From contig DBYG01000044.1 in the NCBI GenBank assembly GCA_002310175.1, positions 39,801-103,800 of the forward strand: a DNA stretch of 64,000 nucleotides, given 5' to 3'. A program made the translations under genes and the position numbers. Positions 37,527 through 44,819 of this stretch are shown here, in pieces. How positions within the stretch are numbered: the stretch's first letter is position 1; the number at the start of each line of letters is the position of its first letter. The notes under the pieces were generated by a model. That model had not been told where the DNA came from. It was given only the letters and a program-made list of their open reading frames with translations, and did no database searches. This DNA is from Bacteroidales bacterium UBA1192. Its GTDB lineage: Bacteria; Bacteroidota; Bacteroidia; Bacteroidales; Bacteroidaceae.

Positions 37527-37566
37527 TACTTGAAACAAACCTAACATAAAACTTATATTAAGAAAT

Positions 37567-38550
37567 ATGAACTCAGGAAACGTACGTCCGGCCTCAATGG
37601 AGCGTATCTCAACTCCGGCTTTGGCCAGAGAATTCATTGACGGACAGATTAAGGAGCTGCGTGCTCAAATTGGAGACAAGAAGGTATTGCTGGCACTTTC
37701 AGGCGGTGTTGATTCATCTGTTGTCGCTGCCTTGCTCATCAAGGCTGTCGGCAAGCAGTTGGTTTCAGTGCATGTGAACCACGGACTGCTGCGTAAGGGT
37801 GAGCCTGAACAGGTGGTGCGCGTGTTCCGTGATGAGCTTAACGCCAATCTGGTATATGTCGATGCTACAGACCGTTTCCTGGACAAGCTGGCAGGAATTG
37901 CTGATCCTGAGCAGAAGCGCAAGATTATAGGTGCAGAGTTTATCCGCGTGTTTGAGGAGGAGGCACGCAAGCAGGAGGGAATCAGCTTCCTGGCTCAAGG
38001 TACCATCTATCCTGATATCGTTGAGTCAGGTCCGGTTAAGTCTCACCATAACGTAGGCGGTCTTCCCGATGACCTTCAGTTTGAGCTGGTTGAGCCTATC
38101 AAACTGCTCTTCAAGGATGAAGTCCGCGTTGTAGGTAAGGAACTCGGTCTGCCGGACAATATGGTGTACCGTCAGCCGTTCCCCGGTCCGGGTCTGGGCG
38201 TGCGCTGTACCGGAGCAATCACACGTGACCGTCTGGAGGCACTGCGTGAGAGCGATGCCATCCTGCGTGAGGAATTCGCCAATAACGGCCTGGAGGGTAA
38301 GGTATGGCAGTACTTTACTATTGTTCCGGACTATAAGTCAACGGGTGTAAAGGATAACAAGCGCTCCTGGGATTGGCCGGTTATCATCCGTGCGGTGAAT
38401 ACCCGCGATGCTATGACAGCCACCATTGAGGAAATACCCTACAAGCTGCTGCACCACATCACCCAGCGCATTATTACTGAGGTTCCGGGAGTAAACCGCG
38501 TCCTCTATGACCTTACTCCGAAACCCACCGGCACAATAGAGTGGGAGTAA
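37567..38550 (+). CDS. guaA: GMP synthase ATP-pyrophosphatase + dimerisation domains only (no glutamine amidotransferase domain)
   Basis: 327 aa. PP-loop LALSGGVDSSV, the GuaA C-terminal block and the canonical TIEWE end. Only 178 bp of promoter DNA lie upstream. Confidence 0.85.
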   Translation: MNSGNVRPASMERISTPALAREFIDGQIKELRAQIGDKKVLLALSGGVDSSVVAALLIKAVGKQLVSVHVNHGLLRKGEPEQVVRVFRDELNANLVYVDATDRFLDKLAGIADPEQKRKIIGAEFIRVFEEEARKQEGISFLAQGTIYPDIVESGPVKSHHNVGGLPDDLQFELVEPIKLLFKDEVRVVGKELGLPDNMVYRQPFPGPGLGVRCTGAITRDRLEALRESDAILREEFANNGLEGKVWQYFTIVPDYKSTGVKDNKRSWDWPVIIRAVNTRDAMTATIEEIPYKLLHHITQRIITEVPGVNRVLYDLTPKPTGTIEWE

Positions 38551-38624
38551 TACAAGACAGCCTTTAAACTGGAACGCTATCGAGGTGCGTCTGTCCGCCT
38601 TGTTTGCGACATAGACTAAAAATA

Positions 38625-38652
38625 GTACAAAAGGGTACAGACCCCAATTGTA
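38625..38652. repeat. 28-nt palindromic element, copy A (intergenic)
   Basis: GTACAAAAGGGTACAGACCCCAATTGTA. It matches copy B at 39070-39097 in 26 of 28 positions. Confidence 0.8.
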
Positions 38653-38662
38653 TCATTTATTG

Positions 38663-38699
38663 AAGAGCCCGGTGACATGCATCGGGCTCTTTTCTTGTT
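38663..38699 (+). terminator. Rho-independent terminator of guaA
   Basis: AAGAGCCCG (38663-38671) pairs with CGGGCTCTT (38683-38691), then TTCTTGTT. Confidence 0.7.
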
Positions 38700-38713
38700 G
38701 TCTCGGGAAAAAA

Positions 38714-38744
38714 CCAGGTGGGTTTTTTAAAAATCCCAGGTGGG
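38714..38744. promoter_or_regulatory. Direct repeat CCAGGTGGG-N13-CCAGGTGGG upstream of feoAB
   Basis: Exact 9-mers at 38714-38722 and 38736-38744 (22-nt period). Each is followed by a T-run. Confidence 0.3.
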
Positions 38745-38830
38745 AAATTTTTTCAGGCCAGAACCTGAGACTCTTTTTTTCCTTTTGTAATTATAAGTGA
38801 GTGAGTATTGACTCTGTAATTTTTATGGAG

Positions 38831-38838
38831 TAATTTTG
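38831..38838 (+). promoter_or_regulatory. -7 box TAATTTTG
   Basis: It lies 20 nt upstream of the feoAB ATG at 38858. Confidence 0.4.
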
Positions 38839-38857
38839 TGGGCAAAATCAGCTGGGT

Positions 38858-41218
38858 ATGACTTTACGTGAGTTGAAGATTGGTGAGAGTGCTGTGGTTG
38901 CGGCAGTTGGGGGCGAGGGTGCCTTGCGCCAGCATTTTCTTGATATGGGACTGCTGCCGGGTGTTGAGGTTAAGCTGCTTAAGTTTGCCCCGATGGGGGA
39001 TCCCATGGAGCTTCTGGTTCGTGGATATACACTCTCTCTTCGTCTTGAAGAGGCTGCTCATATAGAAATGTACAAAAGGGGACAGGCCCCAATTGTACAG
39101 CCTGCGTCAATATCGGACTCGGATTTCGGTTATAATCTGGCACTTCATGAGCATAACTCTCATCCCGGATTGGGTGAGGCCGGTAAATATCACGATCCTA
39201 CTCATGAGAATGCGGTTCCCAAAGGTACGGTGCTGAAGTTTGCTTTGGCAGGTCAGCAGAACTGCGGAAAGACAACGCTTTTCAACCAACTGACGGGTTC
39301 CAATCAGCACGTGGGAAACTTTCCGGGCGTAACTGTGGACCGCAAGGACGGGCAGATAAAAGGACATCCGGATACGCTGGTTACGGATCTGCCGGGCATA
39401 TATTCGCTGTCGCCGTACACTCAGGAGGAGACAGTTTCGCGCCGGTTCATACTGGAGGAGAAACCTAACTGTATCATTAATATTGTCGATGCCACCAATA
39501 TTGAACGTAATCTTTATCTGACGGTTCAGCTCATGGAACTGGGCATTCCCATGGTGTTGGCTCTCAATATGATGGATGAACTGACCGGTAACGGGGGATC
39601 TGTTCGTGTCAATGAGATGGAACGTATATTGGGCATTCCGGTCATACCCATATCGGCCGCTAAGAGCGAGGGTATTCAAGAACTTGTAGAACATGCCATT
39701 CATGTTGCTGAGTTCCAGGAGAAACCTGCACGCACTGATTTCTGCACAAAGGATGATCATGGCGGCGCAGTTCACCGATGCCTGCACAGCATAATGCATC
39801 TGATTGAGGATCATACCGAGCGGGTAGGCATTCCCCGACGTTTTGCAGCGGGAAAGCTGGTGGAGGGTGACCAGACTGTGCTTGATGCTCTTGATCTTTC
39901 CGGTAACGAGAAGGAGATGATGGAGCACATTATCCTGCAGATGGAGGAGGAGCGGGGCATGGACCGATCAGCCGCCATGGCCGATATGCGTTTCTCATTT
40001 ATAGAGCGCCTGTGCTCCCAGACGGTTGTAAAACCCCGCAAGAGCCGTGAGTACATCCGAAGCAAGCGTATTGACAGGATTCTGACCGGTCGCTGGACAG
40101 CAATACCTATTTTCCTGATAGTCATGTGCCTTGTGATATGGCTGTCTATAGATGTGATAGGTGCACCGCTACAGGATTGGCTGGATCAGGGTATTCAGTG
40201 GCTTGCCGGTATATGTGTGGCTGGTCTAAATAAGGCTGATGTCAGCCCCGCAATAGTCTCTCTTGTTGAGGACGGCATTTTTGGCGGCGTGGGCAGCGTG
40301 CTGAGCTTTGTACCTATTATAATTATCCTGTTCTTTTTCCTGAGTCTGATTGAGGACAGCGGTTACATGGCCCGCATAGCCTTTGTGACCGATAAGCTGC
40401 TACGCAAACTGGGTCTTTCCGGACGTTCCATAGTACCGTTGCTCATAGGTTTCGGCTGTTCGGTACCGGCTGTGATGGCCACCAGGACGCTGCCTTCGGC
40501 CCGTGACCGCAAGCTGACCATCCTGCTTACTCCCTTCATGAGCTGCAGCGCCAAGATTCCCATCTACGGATTCTTTACCAATGCGTTCTTCCCGGGACAC
40601 GGCGGCCTGATTCTAGCCGGGCTGTACCTGCTTTCCATACTTGTGGGCATACTTGTGGCGCTGGTTACCAAGCTGTTCCGCAAGAACTACGTGGCTGCAC
40701 CTTTCGTGATGGAACTGCCCAATTACCGTATGCCGGGCATGAAGAATGTGAGTCATCTGCTCTGGGACAAGACCAAGGATTTCTGCCAGCGTGCGTTTAC
40801 TGTGATTTTTGTGGCCACCATCATTATCTGGCTGCTGCAGACGTTTGATTTCCGATTCAACATGGTCCAGGACGGCGAGGGCTCGATGATGGCCTGGGTG
40901 GCCGGTGTGCTGGAACCGCTGTTCCGCCCGCTGGGCTTGGGTGACTGGCGCATAGTGACATCATTTGTGAGCGGATTCCTGGCCAAGGAAAGCGTGGTTG
41001 CCACGATGGAGGTGCTGGGCGTAACCGAGTCGCTGACCGTAGTCACCGCTGTTCCGATGCTGATATTCAGCCTATTGTACACGCCCTGCGTTGCCGCAAT
41101 CAGCAGCATCCGCCGCGAGCTTGGTGACCGCTGGGCCATCTACGTAGTAATATTCCAGTGCGCCATTGCCTGGGTAGTTGCCTGGCTTGGCTACTTAATT
41201 GCATCGGCCGTATTATGA
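38858..41218 (+). CDS. feoB: Ferrous iron transporter, FeoA-FeoB fusion
   Basis: An N-terminal FeoA SH3-like domain (LRELKIGESAVV...), a linker of about 60 aa, the G-domain GQQNCGKTTLFN / DLPG, and the polytopic membrane domain. Confidence 0.9.
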   Translation: MTLRELKIGESAVVAAVGGEGALRQHFLDMGLLPGVEVKLLKFAPMGDPMELLVRGYTLSLRLEEAAHIEMYKRGQAPIVQPASISDSDFGYNLALHEHNSHPGLGEAGKYHDPTHENAVPKGTVLKFALAGQQNCGKTTLFNQLTGSNQHVGNFPGVTVDRKDGQIKGHPDTLVTDLPGIYSLSPYTQEETVSRRFILEEKPNCIINIVDATNIERNLYLTVQLMELGIPMVLALNMMDELTGNGGSVRVNEMERILGIPVIPISAAKSEGIQELVEHAIHVAEFQEKPARTDFCTKDDHGGAVHRCLHSIMHLIEDHTERVGIPRRFAAGKLVEGDQTVLDALDLSGNEKEMMEHIILQMEEERGMDRSAAMADMRFSFIERLCSQTVVKPRKSREYIRSKRIDRILTGRWTAIPIFLIVMCLVIWLSIDVIGAPLQDWLDQGIQWLAGICVAGLNKADVSPAIVSLVEDGIFGGVGSVLSFVPIIIILFFFLSLIEDSGYMARIAFVTDKLLRKLGLSGRSIVPLLIGFGCSVPAVMATRTLPSARDRKLTILLTPFMSCSAKIPIYGFFTNAFFPGHGGLILAGLYLLSILVGILVALVTKLFRKNYVAAPFVMELPNYRMPGMKNVSHLLWDKTKDFCQRAFTVIFVATIIIWLLQTFDFRFNMVQDGEGSMMAWVAGVLEPLFRPLGLGDWRIVTSFVSGFLAKESVVATMEVLGVTESLTVVTAVPMLIFSLLYTPCVAAISSIRRELGDRWAIYVVIFQCAIAWVVAWLGYLIASAVL
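39070..39097. repeat. 28-nt palindromic element, copy B (inside the FeoA-FeoB linker coding region)
   Basis: GTACAAAAGGGGACAGGCCCCAATTGTA, translated in frame as YKRGQAPIV. Confidence 0.8.
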
Positions 41219-41361
41219 ACGCTGCGACCATAATATCAATCATAATAATAGCGCTACTTGTTATAGCAGCGCTATTCTCCGTTCATCGCAACCGCCGCAA
41301 AGGCAAATCCTGCTGCGGTTGTCCTGTTTCCGGATTCTGCAAAAAAGAAGGAAAACCTTAA
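41215..41361 (+). CDS. FeoB-associated Cys-rich small membrane protein (48 aa)
   Basis: MNAATIISIIIIALLVIAALF (TM) followed by KGKSCCGCPVSGFC. ATGA overlap with the feoB stop. Confidence 0.65.
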   Translation: MNAATIISIIIIALLVIAALFSVHRNRRKGKSCCGCPVSGFCKKEGKP

Positions 41362-41365
41362 GACC

Positions 41366-42757
41366 TCAGCTCATGAAGGCCTCCACATCATCGGGATGAT
41401 AGGGGATGATGTCAGCGCCCAGCACACGGCAGCCGGTAGAGGTGATGAGGATGTCATCCTCAATGCGGATGCCACCAAAGTCGCGGTATTTTTCTATTGC
41501 ATCGTAGTTGAGGAAGTCCATGTGCATCTTTTCGGATTTCCATTTGTCGATGAGGGCGGGGATGAAGTAGATGCCGGGCTCATCGGTCATTACGAAACCG
41601 GGCTGGAGACGGCGGCCACACCTTAAACAGTTGGTTCCGAATTGTGTAGAAGGTCTTACCTCATCGTCAAAGCCTACGTAGATCTGGCCCAGGCCCTCCA
41701 TATCGTGCACGTCCATTCCCATCATGTGGCCCAGACCGTGCTGCAGGAACATGGCGTGTGCACCAGCCTGAACAGCCTCCTCAGTATCACCCTTCATGAG
41801 ACCGAGCTCCTTTAGACGGTCAGTCATTAGGCGGCATACATCCAGGTGCATATCCATCCATTTGTAATCCGGGCGGGCCTTTTCAATCACTAAGTCATGA
41901 CAGGCCTCCACTATTGAGTAAATTTCGCGCTGTTTTGATGTAAACTTACCGTTTATAGGAAGAGTCCGGGTGTTGTCGCTGCAGTAGTTGTTTACAGTCT
42001 CAGCTCCGGCATCGACCAGAAGCAGGCGGCCGGATTCCAGATGCTTGAGTGACGGGTCACCGTGGAATATCTCGCCGTGCATGGATACTATGCTGTTGAA
42101 TGAAACCTTGGCACCCTGACTCATGGCTATACCCTCCATCAGGCCCCCGATTGATTTTTCGGTAACACCAGGCTTGCAGGCCTTCATGGCACCGGTATGC
42201 ATTCGGTAACCTATAGCCATTGCACGCTCTATCTCAGTTATCTCCGCATCGGACTTGACGGAACGCATGCTGACGACAGCCTTGATGAGTTTGACAGATG
42301 CTGCGGCACGGGTCTCGAGAGGGTGTATGCCGAGCATATCAGACAACAGGATCATGTGGTCATGACGGTAGGGCGGCAGGAAATGGATCTCACGGCCCTG
42401 TTTGCGGGCAGCTGCTGCCATTTCAGCCAACTTGCAGAATGGGGCGCTGTTACTTATGCCGCATTCGGCAGCCAAATCAGCCACTGACGGGACGAATCCG
42501 GTCCAGATGATGTCCTCAATGTCTATGTCATCGCCCAATAACCACTCCTGACCGCTGTCGGCATCTATTACAGCAGCCAGTGAATCGCGGTCTTGTCCGG
42601 TGTAGTATAGGAATGAGCTGTCCTGTCGGAATGTGTAGCCATTGGCAGGATAGTTGCACGGGGCGTTGTTGTTACCCAAAAGAATGATGAGTCCGCTGCC
42701 TACTTTCTCCCTGAGAACGGTGCGGCGTTTAGAATAGGTGATTGAGTCAAAAAGCAT
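41366..42757 (-). CDS. pepP: Xaa-Pro aminopeptidase (M24B)
   Basis: Motifs HGLGHMMGMDVHD, EPG.Y and IRIEDD. The ATG at 42757 (MLFDSITY...) is preferred over the track start at 42817. Confidence 0.85.
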   Translation of the reverse strand: MLFDSITYSKRRTVLREKVGSGLIILLGNNNAPCNYPANGYTFRQDSSFLYYTGQDRDSLAAVIDADSGQEWLLGDDIDIEDIIWTGFVPSVADLAAECGISNSAPFCKLAEMAAAARKQGREIHFLPPYRHDHMILLSDMLGIHPLETRAAASVKLIKAVVSMRSVKSDAEITEIERAMAIGYRMHTGAMKACKPGVTEKSIGGLMEGIAMSQGAKVSFNSIVSMHGEIFHGDPSLKHLESGRLLLVDAGAETVNNYCSDNTRTLPINGKFTSKQREIYSIVEACHDLVIEKARPDYKWMDMHLDVCRLMTDRLKELGLMKGDTEEAVQAGAHAMFLQHGLGHMMGMDVHDMEGLGQIYVGFDDEVRPSTQFGTNCLRCGRRLQPGFVMTDEPGIYFIPALIDKWKSEKMHMDFLNYDAIEKYRDFGGIRIEDDILITSTGCRVLGADIIPYHPDDVEAFMS

Positions 42758-42887
42758 AATTCTCGTATATTCAGATATGTGCTTCTGCAAAAATAGTATA
42801 AAACAGTGTGTAAACAAATACCCGTCAGCGTTTAACTTTTCGGTTTTTTAGGAATCATAATAATGGACGTTAATATAATAAGGTGAC

Positions 42888-43643
42888 ATGAAGAGATTTA
42901 CAGTCATATTTGCTTTAGCTTCCCTTGGGATGGCAGGAGTCTCCGCCCAGGGTCTTAAGGTAGAGAGCGAAACTCTCAACTACAGTCTCTATGTGGGTCC
43001 CCTCAAGGGTGGTGAGGCCAAACTCGTCTCCAGGAAAGTGAACTATCAGGGTGAGGAGACTGTCAGGATGGACCTGATAGCTAACACTACAAAGGTGGCC
43101 GATAAGATATACAGCCTTCACGATACACTGACCACATTTCTCCGTGTAGCTGATTCCCGTCCCGTACGTTTCCAGAAGCATTGTTATGAGGGCGATGACA
43201 TAGTCCGCGAGAAGGCCGATTTCAATGTTCTTTCTGACGGAACCTATAGTGTCGCCATGCGCAAGGACTATAAGGACGGACGTGTTAAGGAACGTACTGA
43301 AACCAGTCGGGAACCTGTATATGATATGGTGAGCATCGTAGCTTTCGCCCGTTCCATCAACCCCTCATCACTCAGGGTGGGGCAGCGTCTCGGTTTCAAA
43401 CTGGCCAGTTCGGCTGAAATCAAGGACGAATGTCTTGTCTATCATGGCAAGGAACAGGTCAAGATTTCAGGAAATAAATACAACTGCATGATATTCAGAC
43501 TTGTGGAACCTGTCATAGAGAATGGCAAGAGCAAGGATAATGACGTGCTTACCATCTACGTGAATGATGATCCGTCACGTACCATAATACAGATGGACAT
43601 CAAGTTCAAGGTGGGTGCGGCTAAGGTTAAAATCAATCCCTGA
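42888..43643 (+). CDS. DUF3108-like secreted protein
   Basis: Signal peptide and an all-beta composition typical of DUF3108. The call is by eye. Confidence 0.55.
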   Translation: MKRFTVIFALASLGMAGVSAQGLKVESETLNYSLYVGPLKGGEAKLVSRKVNYQGEETVRMDLIANTTKVADKIYSLHDTLTTFLRVADSRPVRFQKHCYEGDDIVREKADFNVLSDGTYSVAMRKDYKDGRVKERTETSREPVYDMVSIVAFARSINPSSLRVGQRLGFKLASSAEIKDECLVYHGKEQVKISGNKYNCMIFRLVEPVIENGKSKDNDVLTIYVNDDPSRTIIQMDIKFKVGAAKVKINP

Positions 43644-43743
43644 TCCGGTATTCAGTGAAACTGACCCTGAACAACGCACGTTTCTGAACAACAGCAAATA
43701 AACTTTTGCAGCTGAAAACAGTCATACTAATCAGGAATCTGTT

Positions 43744-43751
43744 TATATTTG
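43744..43751 (+). promoter_or_regulatory. -7 box TATATTTG
   Basis: It lies 60 nt upstream of the ATG at 43812. Confidence 0.4.
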
Positions 43752-43811
43752 TTCCTTGAAACTTGAACATAATCAAATAGATATTAACAACCTTAATACT
43801 TAACTAAAACG

Positions 43812-44819
43812 ATGAACAAGAGAATTCTTTCAGCAGCATTCATGGCAGTGCTCTGTGTTTCAGCTTTTGCCGCAAAGAAAGACAAGAAAAGTGAGCCTGA
43901 ACTGCTTCTTGGTGTAAAGTCAGGTGTATTAACCATGTCCAATGAAATGGGTAATTTCCGTAACGGCGGAGGAAACTTCGGTGGAGGAAACTTCGGTGGT
44001 GGAAACTTCGGTGGTGGCGGCTTTGGCGGCGGTGCTGCAATGGGCCAGGGCGGACGTGGCGGTCAGGGAGCACCCGGAGGTCAGAGAGGTCAGGGTGGCG
44101 AAGGCGGACAGAGAGGCCAGCGCCAGATGAATTTTGACCCGAGCCAGATTGTTACCAAGATATATTTTGATGATTACGGAAAGAAAACCGTGACTGTAAC
44201 CTCACGTGGTGAGGCGGGAACATCGCGTTCTCTCGTTATTGACGATGAGACATATAACATAAATGATGAAGAGAAGTCAGCCACCAAGATGCCTCAGTTC
44301 GGTCGTCGTGGAGGCGGAAACGCACAACGTGGCGGTGGAATGGGTATGGGATTCGCCATGGGTGGTTCCAGTGTCGTTACTCCCATGTTTGACTGGGAGA
44401 ACCTCGATGCCAAGACCATTAAGAAGAACAAGATAAAGGAGCTGGGTGAAGAAGAAGTAGCCGGAGTGAAATGCAAGAAGTATTCATTCAAGGTTTCCAA
44501 TCAAGGCTATACTACAGAGCAGACAGTGTGGATATACAAGAATATCACCATGAAGAGTGAGACTGAATCAGACTGGGGAACCATGGGACAGTCGGTTTCC
44601 AAATTTGAAGAGACCGATGTCGATCAGGCCCTGTTCCAGCTTCCTGCCGATTACAAGGTTGAAGAGATGCAGATGGGCGGCTTCGGTGGCGGAGGTGGCT
44701 TCGGTGGAGGTGCCGGTGGCTTCGGTGGCGGTGCCGGTGGCTTTGGCGGTGGTGCCGGTGGCTTCGGTGGCGGAGGCGGCTTCGGTGGCGGTGCCGGTGG
44801 CTTTGGCGGTGGATTCTGA
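43812..44819 (+). CDS. Secreted protein with a small beta-rich core interrupted and tailed by Gly/Phe-rich low-complexity repeats
   Basis: Signal peptide. (GGNFG)x3 plus a GQ/GR tract (aa 50-105), RRGGGNAQRGGGMGMGFAMGG (aa 163-187) and a C-terminal (GGFGGG[AG])x7 ending in F. Confidence 0.75.
   Translation: MNKRILSAAFMAVLCVSAFAAKKDKKSEPELLLGVKSGVLTMSNEMGNFRNGGGNFGGGNFGGGNFGGGGFGGGAAMGQGGRGGQGAPGGQRGQGGEGGQRGQRQMNFDPSQIVTKIYFDDYGKKTVTVTSRGEAGTSRSLVIDDETYNINDEEKSATKMPQFGRRGGGNAQRGGGMGMGFAMGGSSVVTPMFDWENLDAKTIKKNKIKELGEEEVAGVKCKKYSFKVSNQGYTTEQTVWIYKNITMKSETESDWGTMGQSVSKFEETDVDQALFQLPADYKVEEMQMGGFGGGGGFGGGAGGFGGGAGGFGGGAGGFGGGGGFGGGAGGFGGGF
43965..44034 (+). repeat. 15-nt coding tandem repeat (GGAGGAAACTTCGGT-like, GGNFG x3) plus GGN tract
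   Basis: Read directly from the sequence. Confidence 0.8.
44676..44816 (+). repeat. 21-nt coding tandem repeat, about 6.7 units (GGTGGCTTCGGTGGCGGTGCC = GGFGGGA)
   Basis: Read directly. The units differ only at wobble positions and GCC/GGC. Confidence 0.85.

Noticed and set aside
25396-37566. The signalling island as a mobile element or genomic island.
   Set aside because: It is AT-richer on spot counts. However, I saw no integrase, transposase, tRNA target, conjugation genes or flanking direct repeats, so I do not call it a mobile element.
39107-39928. Long antisense ORFs inside well-supported genes: 273 aa in feoB, 226 aa at 51811..52491, 186 aa at 55369..55929, 207 aa at 22244..22867, and several in fabF.
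   Set aside because: They have no start context, promoter or recognisable domains. Each fully overlaps a gene with strong family motifs on the other strand, which is typical of shadow ORFs.
43965-44816. Tandem repeats checked as a possible CRISPR array or satellite.
   Set aside because: The units are 15 and 21 nt, contiguous without spacers, in frame and coding for Gly/Phe tracts. There are no cas genes, so this is not a CRISPR array.
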